From Trichoplax adhaerens (taxonomy: Eukaryota > Animalia > Placozoa), in assembly GCF_000150275.1 (NCBI RefSeq), contig NW_002060946.1:3987454-4051453 (forward strand): 64,000 nucleotides of DNA, in the 5' to 3' direction. Made by a program: the position numbers and the translations under genes. This document shows, piece after piece, positions 13,125 to 25,519 of this stretch (within the stretch, counting starts at the first letter, position 1; each line of letters starts with the position of its first letter). The notes under the pieces were generated by a model. The model was not told where the DNA came from. It did not search any database and saw only the letters and a program-made list of their open reading frames with translations.

Positions 13125-13611
13125 GAGCCAATGCAAGTAAAAGTAATGTTACTACGTGCTCGATTTACCCTAGGAAGTAGACCTGGTATACTGAGCCAAT
13201 GCAAGTAAAAGTAATGTCACTACCTGCTCGATTTACCCTAGGAAGTAGACCCCGTATCGCAGTACAGCACTGCATACCGAGCCAATGCAAGTAAAAGTAA
13301 TATCACTACCTGCTCGATTTACCCTAGAAAGTAGACCTGGTATACCGAGCCAATGCAAGTAAAAGTAATAATATCACTACCTGCTGGATTTACCCTAGGA
13401 AGTAGACCTGGTATACCGAGCCAATGCAAGTAAAAGTAATAATATCACTACCTGCTCCATTTACCCTAGGAAGTAGACCTGATATACCGAGCCAGTGCAA
13501 GTAAAAGTAATGTCACTACCTGCTCCATTTACCCTAGGAAGAAGACCTGGTATACCGAGCCAATGCAAGTAAAAGTAATGTCACTACCTGCCCGATTTAC
13601 CCTAGCAAGTA
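13125..13611 (+). repeat. ~68-bp minisatellite, 7 units (last partial), with CCAAT boxes
   Basis: Units start at 13125, 13193, 13279, 13347, 13418, 13489 and 13557. Consensus GAGCCAATGCAAGTAAAAGTAATGTCACTACCTGCTCGATTTACCCTAGGAAGTAGACCTGGTATACC. Confidence 0.95.
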
Positions 13612-13909
13612 CAATAAACCGGCCATCAGCCATGCGCAGCGTTTACAGTCCAGTCAGTGTGCAGTGTGCAGCATTGAGCAAAACGACTGTACAGTGCAAT
13701 GTACTGTCAGGTTCTTACAGTACATTGTATTGTACTAACCGATCTACAATCCGTGTTTACAGTACATAGTATCCAATGGACGCTCTTCATTCTCCTTTTT
13801 GAATCTTGATCTTCCATCCTAAGCTTCCTAGCTGACGTATGTAAGTTGGGTCGGCGGGAGCTGTGAAAAAAATTAATTGGCAGCCAATCCATAGTCAATC
13901 GGAGACATC

Positions 13910-15815
13910 ATGAAGCTTGTAAGGTCAGTATCTTGTATAGGTTATCCATTACAACAGGTGAAAGGATAATCAAAAGTAATTTTAGGATAAAAGAGATGAT
14001 TTAGCTGGTAAATAAGGCTTCCTTGGCAGCCAAGGTTTCATGTCGCCATCTCAACCACAACTTGCAATCATGGATGAATACTCATCCTTGCTCTTCTTGA
14101 TCATTGTAGGTTTCTAATGAAAATTAATCATGAAACAGTAACAATAGAGTTAAAGAATGGGACTGTGGTTCATGGTACTGTTTGGGGTAAGTTATGGCTT
14201 GATTGTACAGCTTTTGATTCGGCGCTTTTGTACGACTGTAATCCTTCCAAGTCTTGCTTCGCTTGATACTTTCCATTCTGCATACTTTTCCTGCTTTTCC
14301 TATCCAATACTTGCAATAGGATAGCTTGCATACATCGATAGGACAGATGTTACCTAGTTAACGTTCACTACATAATCAGTATACAGAGACAGAGAGTCGA
14401 AGAGACTTGTATTGCACAAGGATTGATCATGCAACAGTATAAATACAATTAGCCATCAAGTTGCAATCATCATTGAAAAATTCCACTACAGTAGTAATAG
14501 AAACAGTGGTGAAAGGTAGGCAAACTTTAGTGCTCTAATTATAGTCGTCTTACCATGGGGTTAGAATGTCAATGGATAATTTCATTCATTGTCATTATAG
14601 AAACTGTGATTACATATAGGCTTGGACTACTACAAAGAAACCTTTTATTTTACTCAATTTCTTTCCGATAAGTCTATGATGCAGACTTGGATGAATGTTT
14701 TCGTCCTTTAGGATTGATAATTGGAATAGTATAGTCAGTATCGCATAGACAGAATGCAAAATAAACTCAATACAGTAGCTTCAGTATTGAAACTTTTAGC
14801 TAATTGTACAGCTCTGGCTGTATGACAAATTAACATCAATCGTCATTATCATATGTAGGCATGATGAAGAAAAACTGTATATTATACCTGTATTGACTTG
14901 ATATAGAGAGTGGATGAATTATGAGTAAACTAGGAGCTTAAACAATTGAACATTTTTATATTGATAGGTGTAGATATGAGCATGAATACGCATTTGAAGA
15001 GCGTTAAAATGACCGTCAAGAATCGCGAACCCGTAACTTTAGATACTCTTGCTATCCGTGGCAACAATATTCGTTATTTTATTCTACCTGATAATTTAGC
15101 ACTGGATCAGTTACTTGTCGACGATTCACCAAAAATGAAAGCAAAGAAAAGAGCAGAAAGTAAAATAGCAAATTCATATTATATAGCATTCTATTACCGG
15201 TGGCAATGGACTATAAATGTCATTGTATCATTCATTTATTATTACAAATTTTTCAATTTCTTTGTAAATGCAGAGCTGTACAAATACAGAATACTTGTAC
15301 TGTTTTCTTAATCTTATGCTACTAAATATTGATTATCATCGTGCAAGAAATCATGCATACAAGAAATACTTTAGAAATTCTCTACCTTATTTTAATTAAA
15401 TACATTATGTATAATGATAAAAGCTGGATCCCCATATTTTGTAGTCCATTCTACAGTAGCTATAGGTTAGCCACATTTGTATTCATTTTTATAACTTCAA
15501 TGAATTTAATGCTATACAATACAACTTGTAGTACCAGTCAATTGTAATAGTCAAAACGTTCTAAGAAGGATTCCATATTGTCAAGTGAAAATTATGTACT
15601 GTACAAGCATAAGCATTTACTGCAAAGGAATGATCAATTATTGTGTATATCTGTTACGGCTAATAGAAAGAGAGAGAACGACTAAATTTTTTTTCCTATT
15701 TTTAGTTACTATGAGTCGAGGTCGAGGCCGCGGTAGAGGCGGACCAGGAGTTGGAGGTGGAGGTCGCGGTAGAGGCCGCGGCGGACGTGGTGGAAAATTC
15801 GGCGGTCGGCGCTGA
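13910..15815 (+). CDS. SNRPD1: snRNP Sm D1, 4 exons
   Basis: Exons 13910-13923, 14110-14186, 14968-15159, 15706-15815 give [23 protein letters not shown]...[10 protein letters not shown]...[13 protein letters not shown] plus an RG-rich tail. Confidence 0.97.
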
Positions 15816-17634
15816 AACGATTGGTCATAATTTATTGGTGCTATGTACAGCAATATACCTATACGACTCTTTTTCATCTGTGCATTGTATTTCCAAATTC
15901 CTTACCATGGACACTAGAGATATATTCTAAGAAATGGCAACTGTTGAAGCTGTCGTGATATCACTATTAAATAGATTGAAGTAAATAACTTCTGGTTGTA
16001 TATGTTTATTCCTGCTTCTTCACTTCTGTTAGGTGATGATGATATCGAAATAGACGGCTGATTAACTATTTCGTGAGTGTGGCAGTAATTCCGCTTATAG
16101 ACAGCACTATCTCATCCATCTGTCTGTTATCATTAACATTTTGATTGCATTCTCACTTGTAAACTAACACTACTAGTTGTTATTGTGAAATGCTTGTAGA
16201 CTGATGATAGATACATTCATCATCACAGAGTCACACCAGAGATAAACAACGAAGACGATGTAGCGGTTACCAACCATTTCTTCTCTTCTTATCTACTATT
16301 TTTTTCTCAGTTTTTCCTAACTAGCCCTACTTAGTTGTGTGTCGACCTTGTATTATAACCTTTTGATGCTAGAAATCCAGTAATAAATTTATGAGCTATA
16401 CCTTTAAACTGCGTATTGATTTTCATGTCTACTTGAAGCCATTTAAAGAGTGAAACGGAAATAGTTCTCCCATGAACCATGTTAAACTCTTGATAACATT
16501 TAAAAGCTTTATTATGATACTACATTCATGATGCTGGTTAACAGTATTATTTACTGTTATGTAGACAGATAGTGGCTGTGGTACTTTTATGCCATAAATG
16601 CTTATTGTGAAATCGTGCTTCCTACACATTCATAGCAAAGGTTATAGGCAGATTTTACATAAGGTTATTAAGGATATTCATGCCATCTCCTGCAGGTGCA
16701 TATTTGCTACATATACGAGTTGCACGTATATGCACTTATAACCTTAGTTACTACAGTATTGCCATACGTTTAAACTATATTTCTAGATAAAATCTACTGT
16801 ATTAAACAATTACTGTCGTACGATCTTAGTCATCTACCTCTCAGTATGCTATACAGTACTGTAGCCTAAATAATTATACGAGCTTCTCATACTTGTTTCC
16901 TTTAGCTTCTATACAAGTATAAAAGTAACCCCGAAATTAATTATTACATTGAGGATAATATGATAATGCTTACATCTCTAACTAGATTATTCATACAGTA
17001 CATGATTTACTGTAAATCTCACTCGCATTCTTACAGGTAATAAATGTTGGAGAGTTCATTATAATCATAAACGTCTAAAACCCTCCAGATTTTAGTTGTC
17101 CATATTTCAGCGATACTACACATGTAGGTAAGGTAAATTGTCTATATATAAAGTTAATTTATTCCAGATTAATGCGTATAACTGCGCTTGCATCTTCAAC
17201 TTGATTATTTATTCATATACATAAGACTTAAATCACACTTTTATTGGCAACAAAAAAGTACTAGTAGGCCATTATAGCGACGCTCTATAGGTAGGTGAGA
17301 TTGTGCACATTTCAATATTAAGGACGTGTACTATATACGAATCATATCGAAATTATAGAGCTGTGCTTTAAATTTATCCCGTGATATACTTTACTTTAAA
17401 AATAAATAAAAGGTCCAAGCTGTCTAGCCAATTTTAAAATTATATCAGCTAATGAACATACGGTCAATGGGACAGTTTTATTCAAATATCGTTATCTACA
17501 CTTTTAAGTATATATTATATAATTCAATTTAAATAATTAAGAGTTGTTGCAATCTAGAGAGCAATTATCATAACAATATTTTATTCCTTATAAGAGACCC
17601 ATCACATTATTCAGTTATTGATTAATTTAGTGAA

Positions 17635-18558
17635 CTATAATCGGCTGGGGTGATCTTTAATAACCCCTCTTAATACTCCTTCCTGTGCTACAGTAACAGC
17701 TAATCGGCCATCTTGTGTAAAAAGCTTTCCAAATACTAGAGCCCTTCCATTATTGGCTTTTGGACTTTCAAGTTCATACAACATCCATTCATCAGCACGG
17801 AAAGGTAAATGAAACCACATGGAATGATCGAGTGACGACGCGAAATTAACACGAAATTTAGGATGGGGTAATCTAGCCGTTTGTAGCAGACTGTAATCTG
17901 AGGCATATCCTGCGATACATTGATGTAATTTCTCAAATCCGGGTCCAATTTTATCAACGGTTTTAATCCATACCAATTGGTAAGGGGCCTTACTTTCAAA
18001 ATCAGGATCGAAAAAGCCTATACGTTTCCGATCGCAAGGGCGGATATCTAAGGGGATTTCTGAAGCAATTGCTTTCTCGATTGCTGAACGATTCCGGTCA
18101 CCTCTAACTCCACGTTCAAGATAACCTTGTAGCCTTTCCTTCGTTGTGGGTAAGCTTTCAGGATCAGGTGCATTTGGCATATCATTTTGATGTTCAATGA
18201 CACTTTTTTCAAATTTACTAAACGATATTTGGCTAGTATAAATAGTTAAACCTCGTTGGATTGCATAAACATTTCTTGAGCAATATGAACGACCATTTCG
18301 AGTGCGTTCTACTTTATAGATAACAGGAATGGAAGGATCGCCATGGCGAAGAAAATACGAATGTAACGAATGAGGTGAAAATTGTTCATCAACTGTTTTA
18401 CTAGCAGCTACTAGAGCTTGTCCAATTACTTGGCCACCATAAATACGTTGTGTAAATGGAGGTTGCCATGATGTAGTAGCCCGAAATAGGTCAACATCGA
18501 GCTCTTCTAATTCTAACGTATCGAATAAAAGGGCAGCTTTATCGTTAGTAGAAGACAT
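17635..18558 (-). CDS. ACOT8: Peroxisomal acyl-CoA thioesterase 8 (TesB-like), paralog 1, 307 aa, intronless
   Basis: YGGQVIGQAL, HSLHSYFL, GYASD, SLDHSMWFH, QEG, and C-terminal PTS1 -SRL. First ATG is at 18558 (the ORF track starts at an upstream TTG). Confidence 0.95.
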   Translation of the reverse strand: MSSTNDKAALLFDTLELEELDVDLFRATTSWQPPFTQRIYGGQVIGQALVAASKTVDEQFSPHSLHSYFLRHGDPSIPVIYKVERTRNGRSYCSRNVYAIQRGLTIYTSQISFSKFEKSVIEHQNDMPNAPDPESLPTTKERLQGYLERGVRGDRNRSAIEKAIASEIPLDIRPCDRKRIGFFDPDFESKAPYQLVWIKTVDKIGPGFEKLHQCIAGYASDYSLLQTARLPHPKFRVNFASSLDHSMWFHLPFRADEWMLYELESPKANNGRALVFGKLFTQDGRLAVTVAQEGVLRGVIKDHPSRL

Positions 18559-19152
18559 AGCCAAGATTGATGCAAAGATTCTACAATTTTTCACCCTTAT
18601 CAATAATTTTCAATATCCAGAAGAGGTTATCGAACAAGAGCTAGTCCTAACTTAGTAATTTCAAGCGATTCTTTCTTCATCTACATATATCAATATTAGA
18701 TCTTGCAATACTGTAGTTCGTAAACAGCTGATCCGGAGGTCATTGGTCACCTGGTTCATCGCCGTACTAATTTAGTACTTTAGCGTTTAGTCATGGTCAC
18801 GCGGTTCTATACTGGAGTTCTGTATGAGCACGCAATGTGCTATACGGAACAGTATAGTCTAGAATATTAAAACCCAATATTGGCCTTGTAATTTTCTTAC
18901 TCACAATTACTTCCATAGACTACTAGATATACCATCTAGTAAGTGCATCGAGTAGTCCTGTTATAAATGCATCTCGCAATAACGATCTTGGTCAAATGGT
19001 ATATTCTAAAAGGCTGTTATTACAAGATTTTAACTATAGTAGAGCAATAATTAATTACTACAAGAATCTAGTCTAACATCGAAAGTATTCCGAGCTCAAC
19101 GCGAAATGAAGCCTCTTCTCCTCCGTGGGCTCGTCTCTCCAGTTCTTCTAAA

Positions 19153-19561
19153 TATTTCGTTCAATCCATTTAGGACAACTTGATTAATCTCCAATCAGAC
19201 ATGAGCCATCAAACAAAATACTTTTCTCTAATAGTACATCATTATCTTCTACAATCTAAATCATTCTACTGAAGATGTCTCTACTCTTCTATTAACGTCT
19301 AGCCTCTTTCTCCAAAGGGCACCTTAACCACTACAGTGTTTCTAGCTGCATCAATCTTGTACCATAATTACTCAACTGGCTACTATTCGTCATCAATAGT
19401 TTTTAATATAGTAGTTAGCAATCATCTAATATTAGCTTCACGATAATCCTTCCTTCGTTAGTTCTGATAAACATTTCGTTCAATCCATTCATGACAACTT
19501 GATTAATCTCCAATCAGACATGAGCCATCAAACAGAATACTTTTCTCTAATAGTACATCAC
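19153..19561 (+). repeat. ~90-bp direct repeat (about 19153-19243 and 19471-19561) within a region also similar to ~22535-22930
   Basis: ATTTCGTTCAATCCATT...CAATCAGACATGAGCCATCAAACA...AATAGTACATCA occurs twice. Confidence 0.85.
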
Positions 19562-20781
19562 TATTTTCTACTATTTATGATCAATCTAACACAACGGCTA
19601 GGTATTCTCTTTATTATCTATATTACACACTGCATAAGCATCCAACAGGTTAAATGTCGTTCCCAGATTTCATAGAAGATTGCAGCGAAGAATGAATACA
19701 CCTATGTAGTCGTATTGATGCCCATGTTTATCAAAAATATCTCAATCTTTGCGATTGAGATATAGAGTTAGAGACTTTTATATTAGTAGGTAAACCTGCC
19801 TGCCTTTAATAAAAATAATGTGCCGTCATAAAATGGTTATCAAATTTTTTGATTATCGACGTCTTAGTATAGTAAAACAGCATACATAAGCTGATGACAA
19901 TAGTTAACATGGAGTATCGGTATTATTAAAAGTATGACATAATAAAAGTGATGATTATACTGTAATATCTTACAGTATTCCAAAATGTAATTGATATAAA
20001 TAATATTATCAAAATATATTTAAAGATACTAATATTAAATACGGTTGAACAAACTGAAAGTGTGCAAAGAAAATCGTAATTACAGTAGCTGTCTAAGCTT
20101 ACTTAGCCAGTTGTTGTAGTAATCTTTATATCAAAGAGTAGAATCAATTCAAGACTACTTCGTAGTCTATGATTAACCACTGTACAACTGTATATCGAGT
20201 ATTTCTTAATCATAACGAGAGATTATTCCTTTTTATAATTTAAGCCATATTGTAAGCAGACAATAAAACAGCTACCTACTCTTTAATCAAAGACATACAG
20301 CATGTAAATTTATAGCATTTCACTTATATTTATCAAATACTCAAATTATTTAGCTCTGCTGTACTATAGATCCGTATAAAGATTGAAATTATCCTAAAGA
20401 TTATCAATCACCGAATTAACAAAATTTATAATTAACAGTAGCACATAGGTAAATACTTTAGGTACGTTGAATTAAGACGCGAATTTCTGAGCTATTAAAT
20501 CGAGTCTATATCTTTTAAGTGCAAATACTTATTCTAATAAATTAAAAATAGATATAAATGATCGTCTAGTAGGATAATTGTATAAAAGATTATTCGTTTT
20601 TCTCTGCATTTTATACATTGATATTGCAAATTAAGAAATTTGTAAGAACTTTTTTCATTTCTTATGATCGGTGTAATGATGATAATTGTAGTAGACAATT
20701 AGATGCGTTGTGATATCGTAGCTTATTTAAATTATGCCATGACGAGTTTACCATAACATTTGCTAATCAATAATAAAAAGA

Positions 20782-21687
20782 TTACAATCGACTGCCTCTC
20801 AATAATCCTTCTTGGGCTATGCTAACCGCTAATTGACCATCTCGTGTAAAAACTTTGCCTAATATTAGTACTCTTCCGTTATTTAATTTTGGACTTTGTA
20901 TTTCATGCAACAGCCACTCATCAGCACGTACAGGTAAATGGAACCACATGGAATGATCCAGTGTTGATGCCATAGTAAATTGAAAGTTAGCGTGAGGTAA
21001 TGTAGCTGTATAGAGTATTTTACAATCGGAAGCATATCCTATGATAGGCGAGTGTAAATTTTTCAATTCAGGTCCTATTTTATCGATGCCTCTAAACCAT
21101 AATAATTGGTAAGGAGGATCGTTTTGATGACTAGGATATTCGATGATGTCTATCCGCTGTTGCTTACAGCGACGATAATCTATAGGGATTGGTGAAGCAA
21201 GTGTTTTCTTAATTAAGAGACGATTATTATCATCCGTTTCCAGTTCAAGCTTTCGTCGTAATCTTTCTTCATTCGTAGGTAAGGTTTCAGGATCGGGCGC
21301 ATTGGGCATATTAGCTTGATGTTCGATTACAGTTTCTTCGAATTTACAAAATGATATTTGGCTTGAGTAAATGGTTAAACCTTGTTGGATAGCATAAACA
21401 TTTCTACAGCAGTATGAATGGCCGTTCCTGATACGTTCTACTTTATATAGGATAGGAATGGAAGGATCGCCAGCTCGAAGAAAATACGAATGTAGCGAAT
21501 GAGGTGAAAATTGTTCATCAACTGTTTTACTAGCAGCTACTAGAGCTTGTCCTATCACTTGACCACCGTATATACGTTGTGAAATTGGAGGGCACCATAA
21601 TGTATTACCTCGGAAAATATCAACATCGATCTCTTCTAAATCTAATGTACCAAGTAAGATGGAAGCTTTATCCTTGACTGAAGACAT
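20782..21687 (-). CDS. ACOT8: ACOT8 paralog 2, 301 aa, intronless
   Basis: Same motifs (GYASDC, TLDHSMWFH, QEG). Ends RGSRL, 6 aa shorter at the C-terminus, with PTS1 retained. Confidence 0.95.
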   Translation of the reverse strand: MSSVKDKASILLGTLDLEEIDVDIFRGNTLWCPPISQRIYGGQVIGQALVAASKTVDEQFSPHSLHSYFLRAGDPSIPILYKVERIRNGHSYCCRNVYAIQQGLTIYSSQISFCKFEETVIEHQANMPNAPDPETLPTNEERLRRKLELETDDNNRLLIKKTLASPIPIDYRRCKQQRIDIIEYPSHQNDPPYQLLWFRGIDKIGPELKNLHSPIIGYASDCKILYTATLPHANFQFTMASTLDHSMWFHLPVRADEWLLHEIQSPKLNNGRVLILGKVFTRDGQLAVSIAQEGLLRGSRL

Positions 21688-22067
21688 GGCTATATCGTCA
21701 AATTTGCATTACCATCATCAAAGACTACATAAGAATAATGCGCAAGAACTTCTTAAGCTGTGACTAACAAGGATTGAGCAACCTTAGTTAATCTTAAGAT
21801 AGATGAATTTTCCCTACATTCATTGATTAATTTGCTAGCAGAGCTGGTCGTTGAGCTCGGTAGCCATGCAATCTGTGGCATAGCTGGACTGTAATAGACT
21901 AGAATAAGGTATGAATGGTAATGCAGTGTATACGTAAGCAGACTACTTCAACTGTATCTTAGAATATAGTATTCAGTATCAAGTAGTACAGCATACCACG
22001 ATAAAATCAATTAAGTATCAAGAATATTGAAGGACCTCTCTGCAAGTGGATATATATATATATAAGT

Positions 22068-23160
22068 TAATAGCAAAATACCTAATCCCTTGGGTATTTT
22101 GCAAAATGCCTTACATATTGTAGTGTATTTAGAATATACTGTAACTATATTCTACTCTTAAATATAGACATGTTGTATTGCTCTTATATTTAGACAGATC
22201 TACAGTCCGCTTACTCTACATTCATATATAGACTACTGTATTTAGTTATTACGGTACTCGCTGTCTTCTACAATCATCTGCTATTTTGTAACCTGTTATG
22301 GTATATGTTGTATCTAATTCCACAATCCTATTCTCTGCATGTGCTCTATCTTTAAAACTATAAATACCGGCGATTTCTACCTCAGAGTTCATTAGCCTCT
22401 CAGTTAGTTTTCTAGTTAGTCTCTCACAGTCTAATACTTCTACTCTTTACTCACGACAGCTTGCACGCTGATCTACCGTAACTAACTGTAATATCGTTTC
22501 CACAGTAATTTTAGTCCACAGAGGAATCCAGTACTATAAAAGCTTTTTATTACAAGGTTCTAAAGAATAGTACAGCAATAATTAATTACTCACAAGAATC
22601 TAGTCTAAAGTAATCTGAGCTCAATTAGATATCAAATCTTTTCTCCTCCTTTACGCTCAGATTTGTACACCTTATATACTTTTCTCTGAATCTATTTAAG
22701 GCAATAACATCGTCTACAATCAGACATGAATCATCACTACATTTTACAGTATTAATCAAACTGCTACAATATTATTACTTTACCATTAATGTTCAACACC
22801 GTAAGGTATTGGGCATCTTTACAATCTTAGTATTTCAAGTCGTATAACGTCCTGTACCATAATTAGTTAACAGCTATATTAGTGAATAACACTTTCTAAT
22901 ATAGTAGTTACCAGTCACCTAAATCTAGCAGCACAAGAATATCTATTTTTAGAAACTTAACTATTCTAAATATAGTACACAACACAATCAAATATAGCTA
23001 TCGCTACAAGCAAATATAGGGTGCATCACTACACTAACTCACTTTACTTCACATTACTAACCTACAATAAAGCATAACTTTTATAAACCCTTTGTTGTAA
23101 TAATTGTAAATGGCGACTAAATCTCAATCCTCTGAGATATCGAACCCTCCATCACACATA
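22068..23160. mobile_element. ~1.1-kb insertion flanked by duplicated (TA)n-AGT; putative transposon remnant
   Basis: The flanks are contiguous in paralogous units (~25500-25541 and ~29405-29440). There is a 10-bp perfect inverted repeat at 22073-22102, and the internal part resembles ~18990-19440. Confidence 0.5.
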
Positions 23161-24236
23161 TATATATATATATATAAGTATTATTTCTTCAGCTATTGGA
23201 TTTGGTGGATTATTCATTAAGATCTGATATTTGCTAGTATCGCCGTCGTCTAGTCATGTAGCGAATTAGCTACAGATGCGGCTATGATTCCATTCTAAAA
23301 TACTATAGACTAGAATTATTTATTAGGACCTATCAATCTTTAATGTCGATAGTTATTTATTTATTATCTCTCTATAGACGTATATAGTTATATTTAGTTG
23401 CCATATCTTTCATTTCTGACATCATTTCTGAAAGCATTAAATATCGTTCCCAGATTTCATAGCAGAATTGTAGAGAAGAATGAGTAAGCCTTTGTAGTCG
23501 TATTGATGCCCATATTTACTAAAAATATTCAATCCTTGCAATTGTGATATAGGGTTAGAAACTTTTAAATGCGATGTAAATCGACATGGCTTTGATAAAA
23601 TATCGTACCGTCGTAACTTGGTTATCGATATCTTAGTAGAACACCACATATATATAAGCTGATGATAATAACTAACATGCAGTTCGGCGTTGTTAAAAGT
23701 ATGGTATAACAAAAAGTGATGATTATACTGTGATAATTTTATACTACAGTATTGGAAAATGTGATAATATAAATAATAATATCAAGATAGATTCAAAGAT
23801 ACTAATATTAGATGACAACAAGAGATTATTTCCTTTACCATTTAAGCCATGATATGAATAGACAATAAAACAGCTTACTCTTTAACTAAGTAAATACTTA
23901 GGTACGTTGAATCAAGACGTCAATTTCTGAGCTATTAAATCAAATCTATGTCTTCTAAGTATAAATACTTATTCTAGTAAAAGCTATCTAGTAAATTGAA
24001 AACAGTTATAAATGGTCGTCTAGTAGGACAATAAAATAAAAAATGATTCCTTTTCAATGCACTTTATACATTGATAATGCAAATTAAGAAATTTGTAAGA
24101 ACTTCTTTCATTTCTTATGATCGGTATAATGATGATCATTGGAATGGACACAATTAGACATGTTATGATATCGTAACTTATTTAAATTATGCGATGACGA
24201 GTTTACGATAGCATATACTAACTAAGAAGAAGAAGA

Positions 24237-25160
24237 TTACAATCGACTACTAGGCTCGTTCATTACTCCTCTCATTAATCCTTCTTGGGCTATGCTAACC
24301 GCTAATTGACCATCTCGTGTAAAAAACTTGCCTAATACTAGAACTCTTCCGTTATTCGCTTTTGGACTTTGCATTTCATATAACAACCATTCATCAGCAC
24401 GTACAGGTAAATGGAACCACATAGAATGATCCAGTGATGTTATCATAGTATATCGAAAGTTAGCGTGAGGTAACATAGCTGTGTCGAGAATACTATAATC
24501 GGAAGCATATCCTACGATAGGCGAGTGTAAATTTTTCAATTCAGGTCCTATTTTGTCAATGCCTTTAAACCATACCAATCGGTAAGGAGGATCACTTTGA
24601 TGACTAGGATATTGGATGATATCTACCCGCTGTTGCTTACAACGCCGAATATCTATAGGGATTGGTGAAGCAAGTGATTTCTTAATTAAGAGACGATTAT
24701 TATCATCCGTTTCATGTTCAAGCCTTCGTCGTAATCTTTCTTCATTTGTAGGTAAGGTTTCAGGATCGGGCGCATTGGGCATATTAGCTTGATGTTCGAT
24801 TACAGTTTCTTCGAATTTACAAAATGATATTTGGCTTGAGTAAATGGTTAAACCTTGTTGGATAGCATGAACATTTCTACTGCAGTATGAATGGCCGTCC
24901 CTGGTACGTTCTACTTTATATATGAGAGGAATGGAAGGATCGCCAGCGCGAAGAAAATACAAATGTAGAGAATGAGGTGAAAATTGTTCATCAACTGTTT
25001 TACTAGCAGCTACTAGAGCTTGTCCTATCGCTTGACCACCAAATATACGTTGTGAAACTGTAGGGCACCATAATGTATTACCTCGGAAAATATCAACATC
25101 GATCTCTTCTAAATCTAATGTACCAAGTAAGATGGAAGCTTTATCCTTGGCTGAAGACAT
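24237..25160 (-). CDS. ACOT8: ACOT8 paralog 3, 307 aa, intronless
   Basis: FGGQAIGQAL, GYASDY, SLDHSMWFH, QEG, -SRL. ATG at 25160. Confidence 0.95.
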   Translation of the reverse strand: MSSAKDKASILLGTLDLEEIDVDIFRGNTLWCPTVSQRIFGGQAIGQALVAASKTVDEQFSPHSLHLYFLRAGDPSIPLIYKVERTRDGHSYCSRNVHAIQQGLTIYSSQISFCKFEETVIEHQANMPNAPDPETLPTNEERLRRRLEHETDDNNRLLIKKSLASPIPIDIRRCKQQRVDIIQYPSHQSDPPYRLVWFKGIDKIGPELKNLHSPIVGYASDYSILDTAMLPHANFRYTMITSLDHSMWFHLPVRADEWLLYEMQSPKANNGRVLVLGKFFTRDGQLAVSIAQEGLMRGVMNEPSSRL

Positions 25161-25519
25161 GGCTATATCGTTCAATTTGCATTACCCTATCAAAGACTGC
25201 ATAAGAACTTATTCAACTAACAAGGACTGAGTAATCTTTGATTAATAGTAAGATAGATGAATTTCCCCTACATTCATTGATTAATTTCCAAGGGAATTTT
25301 TGCTAGCAGAGTTGATCCTTGTCGTTGAGCTCGGTAGCCATGCAATCTGCGGCAATGTTGTACACTGTGTACAAGACAGTAATATGGACAGTATTGCAGT
25401 AGACGTGTAGATAAATTACTCGAACCGTATCTTAGAATACAGCACTCAGTATCGAGTATCCAGTAGTAACAGCAATCACTATAAGATAAATGAAATATCC
25501 AGCATATGCAAATGTACAA

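Noticed and set aside
13125-13611. CRISPR array
   Set aside because: Whole units repeat without unique spacers, there are no cas genes, and the context is eukaryotic.
15638-15877. Proline-rich minus-strand ORF
   Set aside because: It is the antisense shadow of the Sm D1 RG tail.
19080-19330. Decayed reverse-transcriptase C-terminus on the minus strand
   Set aside because: Only a vague resemblance with several stop codons, which cannot be supported without a TBLASTX hit.
22294-22553. Solo LTR (TGT...ACA with an internal TATAAATA)
   Set aside because: No target-site duplication, no convincing PBS or PPT, and no second copy.
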